The position numbers and the translations under genes are program-made. Positions 17,615 to 26,669 of a DNA stretch of 64,000 nucleotides are shown here, one piece after another (position 1 is the first letter of the stretch; the number at the start of each line of letters is the position of its first letter). Where the stretch lies: positions 15,463 through 79,462 of IMG/VR virus record IMGVR_UViG_3300048088_000336, one strand, 5' to 3'. Origin of the DNA: a virus. The notes below the pieces were generated by a model that had not been told where the DNA came from, made no database searches, and worked only from the letters and a program-made list of their open reading frames with translations.

Positions 17615-20149
17615 GTGGCTGAGGATGACGTGCATATCCATGCGTCCATGGACCGTGACGTCGCCGAGGCCCTGCACGCCACTGCTGATGCCGCTGTGGA
17701 AGCCGACCGGGAGTTGGGCAAGGTCGGGCGTACCGGGGAGAAAGCCGGTGAAGAACTCGACGCGGGGATGGACAAGGCCAAGAACTCCACCCAGCGGACC
17801 CGCAATGCTCTAGGTCAGTTCGTGGCGGCGGCGAACGCGGCCGGGAATGCGGCGACGTCGTCGGGCGCGAAGGCGGGGGCCGCCAGTCTCGGGTACACGA
17901 AGCTCGGCAGCTCCGTGAAGGGCGCTACGCAGGCCATCAACTCGTCGAATACTGGTGGCAAGAAGCAGGTCACGACGCTGGAGTCGTGGGCGAAGTCCGC
18001 CGATAAGGCGAGCAAGGCCACGGGTGGCCTGAAGTCGATGATGATGCTGATCAAGTGGGGAACGATCCTCACGGGTGGTCAGGCCGTCGTCGGCATGCTG
18101 GTGAGTTTGGGTGCGGGCGCGGTCATGGCTGTGGGGCACATGGCGCCGTTGGTGGGGGTGCTGGGGGCGCTCGGTCCGGCTGGGTTCCTCGCGGCGGCCA
18201 GCCTCAGCCTATTCAAGATCATCGGGCCGGATGTGGGTGCGATCCTGCGCCCGTTGACCAACGACTTCAAAGCCATGCGCCTGGAGATCTCCCAGGCCCT
18301 GGTGCCCGGCCTGCAAACCTTCAACCGGGAGATCCACGACCGGCTGATCCCCACCCTGCACACCGGCCTGGTGTCCCTGGGGACGTCCTTCGGCACCGCC
18401 GCCGCGCACGTCGGCGACATGGTCACCCAGGCCCGCACCGTGAGCCAGATCGGGGTGCTGTTCCACGGCATGGACCCGATCATCCAACTTCTGGCCAACT
18501 CCCTCGGGCACGTGCTGGTCACCCTGATCGGGCTCGCGACGGCCGCGCTGCCGATGACGACGTCGATGGCCCAGGGCCTCGACCGGGTGACCACGAAACT
18601 CGACGCGTGGGCCAAACGCATGGAGGACAGCGGCAAGGCCCAAGCGTTCATGTCGCGGGCCTGGAATCAGATGAAGAACGACGGGAAAATCCTGGAGGAC
18701 TTCATCGTCGGGCTGTACCACATTTTCGCGATCGCGGGCGGGGTCGCCCGGGATCAGCTCGGCGGCGGCATGGAGTCGGCGGCGGCGAAGTTCCGGGCGT
18801 GGACAACATCAGCCGACGGTGCGAAGCGGATCACCCAGTTCTTCCTTGACGCCATGCCGATCTTGCGGGAGACGGGTCTGCTGCTGCTGGCGCTCCTGCA
18901 CGGGATCAGCGGGATCGGCACCAACCCTCAGGTCGCCGCCCTGATCGCGCAGATCCGCACGGAGCTGCTCCCGGCCCTGGGGGCGCTGTTCCACAACCTG
19001 TCCGGCGCCAGTTCCGGCGGGTTCGGTTCGGCCCTGGTCACGGCGTTCACGCAGATCGCCCTGGCCTTGTCGAAGATCCCTCTGGGTGGCTTGACCGACA
19101 TCATCAAGGCGATCGGTGCACTAGCGGCGGTGATCTTGTGGCTGGTGAGCAACGTGCCCGGACTGGGGCCCGCGATCGGGATCTTCCTGACTTTGTTCAC
19201 GGTGTTCGGGGCGGGCGCGAAGGTCACCAGTGTGATCTTGAAGGCCTTCGACAAGGTTGAGAGCATCCTGAAGTTCGCCAAGGCGACCAGTGCTCTGGGG
19301 CTCGTCCTGAAATGGATTGCACCGATCCTCGACGGGGCCGCGTGGGCGATCAAGGGCGTGGGCACGGCGATCGCGTTCGCCTGGGACGCCAGTCCCATCG
19401 GGATGATCGTATTGGGCATCACCGCCCTAGTGTTGATCTTCATCTACCTGTGGAACAAGTACGCGTGGTTCCGTGACGGGGTCAAAGCCATCGGCGCGGC
19501 CGTCGTCGATGCGTTCATCTGGATGGCCAAGGCGGCTGCCGCCCCGTTCGTCGAACTCTGGAACCTGATCAAGGACACCTACAATCTGATCGCCAGAGGC
19601 TGGAACTCGATCCCCACGATCACCATCCCGTCCTGGATCCCCCTGGTCGGCGGGACCGCGTTCACCCTGCCGAAAATGCCGCTGCTCGCTGAGGGTGGCG
19701 TCATCGAGCACAGCATGGCCATCGTGGGCGAGCAGGGCCCGGAAGCCCTCGTGCGGGGCGGGCAGTTCCTGGGCATGGTCGGCATGAACGGCCCGGAGCT
19801 GCGCACCGACCTGCCCCGGGGCGGATATGTGGTGCCCAACCTGTCCACCCTGAACCGATTCCCGCTACTGGCCGACCGGCTCCCCTCTTCGGTCGCTGAC
19901 GCGGTCGCCGGGGCCATGCCCGGTTACGGGGCGCTGCTGGCGCGCGGCAACGCCGCACCGGGTGGGGCGAACGTGTCGGTCAACGTCGACACCGGATCGG
20001 ATGCGGTGGTCAACGCGATCCATGACCTGGCCGCCGCTGTCATGTCGAGCAACCGCAACCCCGTACCGCCCCCGATCGTGCCGAGGGACAACTCCCGGCT
20101 GGCCGCGATGTCGGAACGGTACAAGTACAGCTCCCCCAGGAGACCGTGA
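17615..20149 (+). CDS. Tape measure protein
   Basis: 844 aa, Ala/Gly-rich helical; hydrophobic segments, LWNKYAWFRDGV, and C-terminal LAEGG..IVGEQGPE. Confidence 0.9.
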   Translation: MAEDDVHIHASMDRDVAEALHATADAAVEADRELGKVGRTGEKAGEELDAGMDKAKNSTQRTRNALGQFVAAANAAGNAATSSGAKAGAASLGYTKLGSSVKGATQAINSSNTGGKKQVTTLESWAKSADKASKATGGLKSMMMLIKWGTILTGGQAVVGMLVSLGAGAVMAVGHMAPLVGVLGALGPAGFLAAASLSLFKIIGPDVGAILRPLTNDFKAMRLEISQALVPGLQTFNREIHDRLIPTLHTGLVSLGTSFGTAAAHVGDMVTQARTVSQIGVLFHGMDPIIQLLANSLGHVLVTLIGLATAALPMTTSMAQGLDRVTTKLDAWAKRMEDSGKAQAFMSRAWNQMKNDGKILEDFIVGLYHIFAIAGGVARDQLGGGMESAAAKFRAWTTSADGAKRITQFFLDAMPILRETGLLLLALLHGISGIGTNPQVAALIAQIRTELLPALGALFHNLSGASSGGFGSALVTAFTQIALALSKIPLGGLTDIIKAIGALAAVILWLVSNVPGLGPAIGIFLTLFTVFGAGAKVTSVILKAFDKVESILKFAKATSALGLVLKWIAPILDGAAWAIKGVGTAIAFAWDASPIGMIVLGITALVLIFIYLWNKYAWFRDGVKAIGAAVVDAFIWMAKAAAAPFVELWNLIKDTYNLIARGWNSIPTITIPSWIPLVGGTAFTLPKMPLLAEGGVIEHSMAIVGEQGPEALVRGGQFLGMVGMNGPELRTDLPRGGYVVPNLSTLNRFPLLADRLPSSVADAVAGAMPGYGALLARGNAAPGGANVSVNVDTGSDAVVNAIHDLAAAVMSSNRNPVPPPIVPRDNSRLAAMSERYKYSSPRRP

Positions 20150-20850
20150 TGGCACTGGCTGTGATCCGGGACCCCGTGAGCGGGGTGAACTTCACCGGCG
20201 TGCCCGGACGGCGGGCCTATTTGATAACAGAGGACGGGGCCCTGTCGTTCTCTTTCGATTTCGCCCCCCCGGTAATCGAATACTCGGTGCTGGAGCAGGA
20301 CTGGGTGCAGGTCGAACGGGTCGGGCTGGTCCCGTTGCTGGTGCGCAAAGCCGACAAACTGGAGACGATCAAGTTCTCGGTCAATCTGGGGGGCAAGGAC
20401 GGGGACTTCTACGCCGATCAGGGCCCGCACATCGTGGCCCTGAAGGCGGTGGTGAAGTCCCGGGCGCGAGTGATGATGCGCTACTCCGATCATGAGGCCG
20501 GGCTGTGGCGGATCACGACCGCGTCGATCTCCTCGGTACTGCGCGACCCGGACACCAACGGCATCATCCGGGCGACCGCTGACATCACCATGACCCAGGC
20601 CAGTGAGATCGCTCCCGGTGTCGGGCCGGTGTCGGCTCCTGCGGCACCGCAACCGGTCGCTCCCGCCGCAGCGGCGAGCACAGCCCCGGCACGGACGTAC
20701 ACGGTGGCGGCGGGGGACACGCTGTGGGGGATCGCGCAGAAGTTCTACAACAACGGCAACCGCTGGCCGGTCATTTTCGACGCGAACCGGGACAAGGTCG
20801 CCTCCCCGCAGACCCTGGCCATCGGCACACAGTTGATCATCCCACCGTAG
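20149..20850 (+). CDS. Tube-initiator (CIS tube-like) protein with LysM
   Basis: C-terminal LysM YTVAAGDTLWGIAQKFY...LIIPP; position after the tape measure gene. Confidence 0.85.
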   Translation: MALAVIRDPVSGVNFTGVPGRRAYLITEDGALSFSFDFAPPVIEYSVLEQDWVQVERVGLVPLLVRKADKLETIKFSVNLGGKDGDFYADQGPHIVALKAVVKSRARVMMRYSDHEAGLWRITTASISSVLRDPDTNGIIRATADITMTQASEIAPGVGPVSAPAAPQPVAPAAAASTAPARTYTVAAGDTLWGIAQKFYNNGNRWPVIFDANRDKVASPQTLAIGTQLIIPP

Positions 20851-20859
20851 GAGGTTGCC

Positions 20860-21042
20860 ATGCCCTGGTACAACGGTCTCGGCGCGCTGCTCGTCGGCAT
20901 CATTCTCGTCGTCGTCAACTCGTACCTGCCGCCACCGCTATCCACCTTGTGCTACATCGTGGGGATCATCCTGGCGATCGTCGGGCTGATCCTGCTGGTG
21001 CTCGGTCTCATCCGGGGCCCCGGCCCGTTCACGCGAGTCTGA
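20860..21042 (+). CDS. Small two-TM membrane protein
   Basis: AGGAGG RBS; two strongly hydrophobic helices. Confidence 0.7.
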   Translation: MPWYNGLGALLVGIILVVVNSYLPPPLSTLCYIVGIILAIVGLILLVLGLIRGPGPFTRV

Positions 21043-21476
21043 CCGCCCCACTATAGAAAACGTCGAGGGCAGTTTGCGATGACGACCAGGCCTGCCGGTG
21101 CGCCGGGTGTCGGCATGCCACGAAGGCAGCGCTGCCGCTGGCTTCGGCGCGGATCCCCGCTTGCGTGGCGCGACGTGCAGCCACGCGAGCAGGGCATCCA
21201 AACCAACCTGGTTAGCCACAACGCGGCCGGGGAATCGCGGCGAAGCACTGCGGTTCAGGATCGACCGGCGCGTCGAGGCAGCCGAATGCTCCGGCGTGTT
21301 CGGCGAGGGCGAGATCATTCCATTCGCGGAGTGCCGCGTGGGCACGGGCGGGTGGGGACTGTTCACAGGGTGGATTCATCCACAAAGGCGACCATGCCCA
21401 TAACAACGAAGGCAATCACCTACAGGTGTCCCATTTGTGGCACTCTGCGTGACCAGCGTGTCGTTGAGGTGACGTG

Positions 21477-23342
21477 ATGGCCGCAGGTCAGATCCATCTC
21501 ACCGGACCCCAGGTCGCCGCGCTCGTCGCCGAGGTGAACTTCCCCCCACAAGATCGCGTAACCATGGTGGCGATCGCTAAAGCCGAGTCCGGCTGGACCG
21601 TCGATGCGATCAACACCGCCAACTCCAACGGATCCGTCGACCGGGGCCTATTTCAGATCAACAGTGTGCACTCGCAATACAATGCACAACAGCTACTTTC
21701 CGACCCCCGCTACAACACCCAGGCCGCGAAAGACATCTACGATTCCCAGGGCCTGCAAGCATGGTCGACCTACAACGCGGGCGCCCAAACCCCGTACATG
21801 GCTGAGTCCGCGCAAGCCGTCGCCAACGCCGGGGGGCTCACCGGACTGCCCCCGGTGGCCGGATCCGACCCGGCGAGCCAAACCGTGGTCTACGGGCCGC
21901 CCGGTGGGGAGGAAGTTCGGGCGGGTAAGGCGTTCCCGCTGGAGTTCAACACCCCCACCGCCGACGGGTCGATCGGGGTGCTGCGCATCATGGGCACTCA
22001 GATCGCCGACAGCATCGGCATGAAGATCATAAACGAGCCGACGTTCCGGGCCGCCATGGATCAAGTCCCGCACATCACCATGAGCGTCATCGACCCCGGC
22101 TTCACCCAATCGAGCGCGAAACTGTTCACTCCCGGCAACCTCGTCACCTGGCGCGACGCCATCCTGCGCACCGACACCGTCGCCTACGTGCCCGGCGACC
22201 ACGGGCAGGGAGAAGCCGACGTCACCGCCGAAGACGACATCGTCCACGCGCTGAAACAGCTACGCGGACCGCACACCGCATCCAACATCGACGCCGTCAC
22301 CTGGCTGTTCCAAGAGATCTCCACCGTCGGCTACGACCCCACGAAGTTCCTCCTCGGCGAGTCCGTGCCCACCCAAACCACCATCGCCCGCGACGTGTGG
22401 GACCCGTCCATGGGTGTCGTCGCCGACACCGAGTTCCCCTCGGCGTGGACTACCGTCGTGCGCCTCGCCCGCGAACTCGGAAAATGGGTGTTCATCTCCG
22501 GGCGTCGCATCATCTTCGGCTCCGCCCAGTTCGCGATGGCGTGGGCCGCCGCCGCGCCCGTGCGCATCGGCTGGGTTGGCGCCCCCCCGGAGGAGATGTT
22601 CATCGACATCCCCACCACCGTGCGGGCCACCATCGCCGACCGGGTACAAACCTTGCAGGTCAAAGGCCGGGTACCGCACGCCCGCGCCGCGCTGTTCCGC
22701 CCCGGTGTGCCCGTGGACTGCTACGGGGTCATGGGCGTCGACAACACCCCGTCGATCAACCCAGCGAACACGTTCGCCGCCCCCATCCGCATGATGGTCA
22801 GCGACATCGAGCACGTGCTCGCCACCGACACCGACGGCGCCGACGTCACCCTCATCGAACCCGTCAACCCCATCCCCCAGCCACCCGGTTCGACGAACAA
22901 CCCCAACGCGCCGGGCGGGCCCGGTGGGGCGGTCGGGGTCACCGGTGGCGGGGCGGACGGGCAGATCGAGACGTTCGTCCGCAACGCGCTACAGGAGACC
23001 GGCAAAACCTACGTCTACGGCGCAACCCCGGCCGCATCAGACCCGGACCCGCGCGCCTTCGACTGCTCAAGCCTCGTGCAGTGGGCCGCGACCCGCGCGG
23101 GGATCCCCAACGTGCCCCGCACCTCGGAGCAGCAGATCGCCGCCTGCGACCTGATCAGCGTGCCGACCGCCATCAACACGAGAGGCGCGCTCCTGCACCA
23201 ACCCGGGCACATCGCCATCTCACTGGGCAACGGCCGCACCATTGAGGCCTCCCAGGACGGGGTGCCCGTCGGGCAGCTCAACGCCACCGGCCGCAGTTGG
23301 GATCAGGGCGGCAAACTGCGGGGCGCGAAGGGCTACCTGTGA
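21477..23342 (+). CDS. Baseplate hub with N-terminal lytic transglycosylase and C-terminal NlpC/P60 endopeptidase
   Basis: AIAKAESG...DRGLFQINS (lysozyme-like); YVYGA...FDCSSLVQWA...GHIAISLGNGRTIEA (NlpC/P60); hub-like middle region. Confidence 0.88.
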   Translation: MAAGQIHLTGPQVAALVAEVNFPPQDRVTMVAIAKAESGWTVDAINTANSNGSVDRGLFQINSVHSQYNAQQLLSDPRYNTQAAKDIYDSQGLQAWSTYNAGAQTPYMAESAQAVANAGGLTGLPPVAGSDPASQTVVYGPPGGEEVRAGKAFPLEFNTPTADGSIGVLRIMGTQIADSIGMKIINEPTFRAAMDQVPHITMSVIDPGFTQSSAKLFTPGNLVTWRDAILRTDTVAYVPGDHGQGEADVTAEDDIVHALKQLRGPHTASNIDAVTWLFQEISTVGYDPTKFLLGESVPTQTTIARDVWDPSMGVVADTEFPSAWTTVVRLARELGKWVFISGRRIIFGSAQFAMAWAAAAPVRIGWVGAPPEEMFIDIPTTVRATIADRVQTLQVKGRVPHARAALFRPGVPVDCYGVMGVDNTPSINPANTFAAPIRMMVSDIEHVLATDTDGADVTLIEPVNPIPQPPGSTNNPNAPGGPGGAVGVTGGGADGQIETFVRNALQETGKTYVYGATPAASDPDPRAFDCSSLVQWAATRAGIPNVPRTSEQQIAACDLISVPTAINTRGALLHQPGHIAISLGNGRTIEASQDGVPVGQLNATGRSWDQGGKLRGAKGYL

Positions 23343-23344
23343 GC

Positions 23345-24322
23345 ATGCAACTGGCCGACTTCGGCACCACGCATCGGGCGATCGTCATCTCGACCACCGC
23401 TCAGGGTGTCATCGTGGAGATCCCCACCCTGGCACCGAACGCCCCTTGGGGTCCGATCCCGACGTGCGTACCGAACCTCGCGGCGGGTGAGGCGGTGATC
23501 GTCACCCAGATCTCCACCTCCCGCGACACCATGATCGTGATTGGACGGTCGCCGGGCCGGGCCCCGACCATCGGGGAGATCCCCTCCCTGGCGACCACCC
23601 TGGCCGCGATCACCGGCGCGGCGACCGCTCTGACGACACGGGTCGGCACCGATGAAGGACTGATCGTCGCTAGCGGGTCCGCGATCACCGCCCTCCAAAG
23701 TCGGGCGACCACCGATGAGGGCCTGATTAACGGCAACACCTCGGCGATCACCGCGCTACAAAGCAGGGCGACCACCGACGAAGGACTCATCACCACCAAC
23801 ACCACCGCGATCGCCACCACCAACACGGCCGCCACCGCGTTGACCACACGGGTCACCACCCTGGAGGACACGACCCGCATCGGCGCCACCCGATACGTCT
23901 TCCAGGCCGCCGACATTCAGATCAACAACACCACCACCCCCCAAGCAACCAGCCTGACCCTGCCGGTGATCGCGGGCGCCACCTACGAATGGGAAGCGTT
24001 GCTCATCGTCGACTCGCTCCCGGCCGCCAACTGCAAAATCACGTTCGTGGTGCCCACCGGCACCTCCAACCCGCGCGTCGCCCCCTGGTTCTCCGGCGAC
24101 CCCGCAGGCAACGCCGCGATCTGGCACGACGTGTTCGACGGGCCCTCCTACGTGATGGGCGCCAAAACCGGTGGCGGCATGATGAGTTCCCGACCCGCTG
24201 GCGGGGTCATCATCGGGGCCACAGCGGGCAGCTTCGCCATCCAGTACGGGCAGAACGTCTCCGACGTATCCCTCGTGGTGTTCAAAGCCGGATCGAAGCT
24301 GAAGATGACTCGGGTGTCCTGA
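23345..24322 (+). CDS. Baseplate spike-like protein with coiled-coil stalk and C-terminal globular domain
   Basis: OB-fold-like N-terminus (VIVEIPTL..WGPIP..GEAVIV), 21-aa repeats, and position after the hub gene. Confidence 0.65.
   Translation: MQLADFGTTHRAIVISTTAQGVIVEIPTLAPNAPWGPIPTCVPNLAAGEAVIVTQISTSRDTMIVIGRSPGRAPTIGEIPSLATTLAAITGAATALTTRVGTDEGLIVASGSAITALQSRATTDEGLINGNTSAITALQSRATTDEGLITTNTTAIATTNTAATALTTRVTTLEDTTRIGATRYVFQAADIQINNTTTPQATSLTLPVIAGATYEWEALLIVDSLPAANCKITFVVPTGTSNPRVAPWFSGDPAGNAAIWHDVFDGPSYVMGAKTGGGMMSSRPAGGVIIGATAGSFAIQYGQNVSDVSLVVFKAGSKLKMTRVS
23629..23860 (+). repeat. 63-bp (21-aa) tandem coding repeat ITALQSRATTDEGLI
   Basis: About three copies visible in both DNA and protein. 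Confidence 0.8.
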
Positions 24323-24370
24323 TCAGCGCGCCCCCCGGATCGGCGCCGCGCGACATGCCAGGATGCCCGC

Positions 24371-24679
24371 GTGGCTGCCGTCTGGGATTTTCCCTTCACG
24401 CTAGGGCCGGGCGGGGCCGTAGCCGTGGTCGACCAGGACTCCGACCGGGACATCGAGAATTTGATCGCCGCCGCCCTCTACACGCGCCCCGGTGAACGCA
24501 TCCAAGCACCCACGTTCGGGATCTCCGACCCGGCGTTCGTCGGCTGGGAGGCCCCCTCATTGAACCGGCACCTGCTCGATTTCGGACCGCACGTCGACGT
24601 GACCTCCGTTGTCGTGGCCCGGCGTGAGGACGGCCGCGAAGAGGTCACCGTGTCCTGGCAGCGGAAAGAGTCCACGTGA
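24371..24679 (+). CDS. Baseplate wedge gp25/W-like protein
   Basis: FPFTLG, TRPGERIQAPTFG. Confidence 0.85.
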   Translation: MAAVWDFPFTLGPGGAVAVVDQDSDRDIENLIAAALYTRPGERIQAPTFGISDPAFVGWEAPSLNRHLLDFGPHVDVTSVVVARREDGREEVTVSWQRKEST

Positions 24680-26385
24680 GCGCCCCCCTGATCCGGCCAC
24701 CCGTCGACCTGGGTGCCTACGTCGACCTACGCATTTTCGACGTCCCCGACCAGGACCTGATCTCAGCGATGATCGCCTACTACGGGATCGTCAACCCCGG
24801 ATGGGTGCCCCGGGAGGGCAACACCGAGGTCCTGCTCATGGAAGCGATCGCCCTGGCGATCGCCGAGAACGTCGCCACGATCAACCGGCTCCCGGGCGCG
24901 GTCGTTGAAGCTGTCCTGCACCTCGCTGGAGTGGACCGCGACTTCGGTGCCCCCGCGATCGGCACCGCCACCATCAACCTCGCAGACGGCCTCGGGTACA
25001 CCATCCCGACCGGTACCCGCTTCTACCTGCCGCTGGCTACGGGCACGGTCGTGTTCCTGGCGCAAGCACCGGATACGCAGATCGCGGCCGGGGCGACCAG
25101 CGCCACGATCAACCTCATCTCCCAGATCAACACCGCCGCCGCCAACGGGGTCACCACCGGTACCCGTCTCGTGCTCGCCGACCAGTTGTCCATGGTGCAG
25201 ACCGTTGTGTTGGCGTCGACAGTGTCGAGTGGTCGGGACCCGGAAACCGACGCGGCGTGGCGCGACCGGGGTGTGGCCCGCCTGAAGCGACTTTCGGACG
25301 CTCTTGTGGTCCCAGCACAATTCAATGCGTTCATCGACGAGGATGTGCGCATCGGGCGCGTGATGACCGTCGATTTGTGGGACGGGTCTGTGGGCTCACC
25401 ACATACACCGGGCGCGGACCCCGGTCACATCACCTGCTGTGTGCTGGATCCGACAGGGCTCACGCTGGGCACCCCGGACCTCACCGACCTCCAGGCGCAG
25501 GCGCAGGCCAAAGCGGCCGCCATGCTGGCTGTGCACGTCATCAACGCCGCCTTGGACACCGCGAACATCGTGGTCACGTTCGTCACCGCAGCGGGCTACG
25601 TCGCGGCCACTGTGGCCGCCGCCATCATCACCACATTGCGCAACTACATCAATCCGCTGACCTGGGCGGCCGGGGCACCACTGCGGCACAACGAACTCGT
25701 CTCCGTCGCCGACCAGGTGCCCGGCGTGGACTACATCACCCACGTGATGATCAACGGATCGACGTTGGACGTCACCGCGTCCTCCCCCCGGGCGCTGCCC
25801 CAGGCGGGCCTGCTCGACGTCGCCGACCCGTTCTCCGGTGGTGGCCTGGAGGATCACTTCAACTCCGACACCAGCACCATCAACACCGCCCTGTGGACCG
25901 TCGCGGGCGTGACCTCCATCGTCACCAACCGTCTGCGCATCACCGGGCACAGCACCTACGCCGACTCCCTGACCTCGGTGGCCAAATACAACTTCACCGG
26001 CCGACGAGTCAGCGTCAAAATCCCCACCGTGCCCGCCGCCGCCTCCGGTGAGGCTTTGCTGCGCATGACCACCGACGCCAACAACTGGCTGTCCATCGGC
26101 AAATCCGGCACCAACCTGCTGATGCGCTCCCGCGTGGCCGGATCAAACTCCGACACCACTCTCACCTACGACGCGGTCGCTCACCTGTGGATGCGCATCG
26201 CTGAAGGACCAGCGGGCACCATCACCTGGCAAACCAGTCCCGACGGTTCTGTGTGGACAACCCGCCGCACCCTGGCCACCGGCCTGCCCCCGTACGTGAG
26301 CGTCAACGTGGTCCTCATCGCGGGACACACTGTGGGTGGCGACCCCGACCAGATCTCCGAGTTCGACGATTTGACGGTGATCTAG
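24676..26385 (+). CDS. Baseplate J-like protein with extra C-terminal beta-sandwich (lectin-like) domain
   Basis: EGNTEVLLME, IPTGTRF, GRDPETDAAWRDR, VPGVDYI; about 180-aa extension with HLWMRI..WQTSPDG. Confidence 0.88.
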   Translation: MSAPLIRPPVDLGAYVDLRIFDVPDQDLISAMIAYYGIVNPGWVPREGNTEVLLMEAIALAIAENVATINRLPGAVVEAVLHLAGVDRDFGAPAIGTATINLADGLGYTIPTGTRFYLPLATGTVVFLAQAPDTQIAAGATSATINLISQINTAAANGVTTGTRLVLADQLSMVQTVVLASTVSSGRDPETDAAWRDRGVARLKRLSDALVVPAQFNAFIDEDVRIGRVMTVDLWDGSVGSPHTPGADPGHITCCVLDPTGLTLGTPDLTDLQAQAQAKAAAMLAVHVINAALDTANIVVTFVTAAGYVAATVAAAIITTLRNYINPLTWAAGAPLRHNELVSVADQVPGVDYITHVMINGSTLDVTASSPRALPQAGLLDVADPFSGGGLEDHFNSDTSTINTALWTVAGVTSIVTNRLRITGHSTYADSLTSVAKYNFTGRRVSVKIPTVPAAASGEALLRMTTDANNWLSIGKSGTNLLMRSRVAGSNSDTTLTYDAVAHLWMRIAEGPAGTITWQTSPDGSVWTTRRTLATGLPPYVSVNVVLIAGHTVGGDPDQISEFDDLTVI

Positions 26386-26669
26386 TGGACCTCACTGGTG
26401 TGATGCACGTCTTAGACCGCAACGCGTGCCGCAGTTGCCGCCGCCCCATCATGCTGGTGAAGAACATCGGCTGGCTCCACGGGGAACTCCCGCAGTACGC
26501 GCACGAGGAACCCACATGCGCTAACGCCGTTCCCGTGGATCCGCGCTGCCCAGAGTGCGACGTACTTCAGGCCGCCGCGCAAGTACCGGGCGGACTACGC
26601 ATCTCCTGGCATTCCGTGGGGGGCGTGCGCTGCTCCGGTAGCTGGGCAATTGTGGCGAGACCACAATGA
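26385..26669 (+). CDS. Small Cys-rich hypothetical protein
   Basis: Two CxxC pairs; overlaps both neighbouring genes. Confidence 0.5.
   Translation: MDLTGVMHVLDRNACRSCRRPIMLVKNIGWLHGELPQYAHEEPTCANAVPVDPRCPECDVLQAAAQVPGGLRISWHSVGGVRCSGSWAIVARPQ

Noticed and set aside
21084-21213. tRNA gene (four-way junction appearance)
   Set aside because: Too long, with no T-loop GTTC(G/A)A in position, no 7-nt anticodon loop and no CCA end
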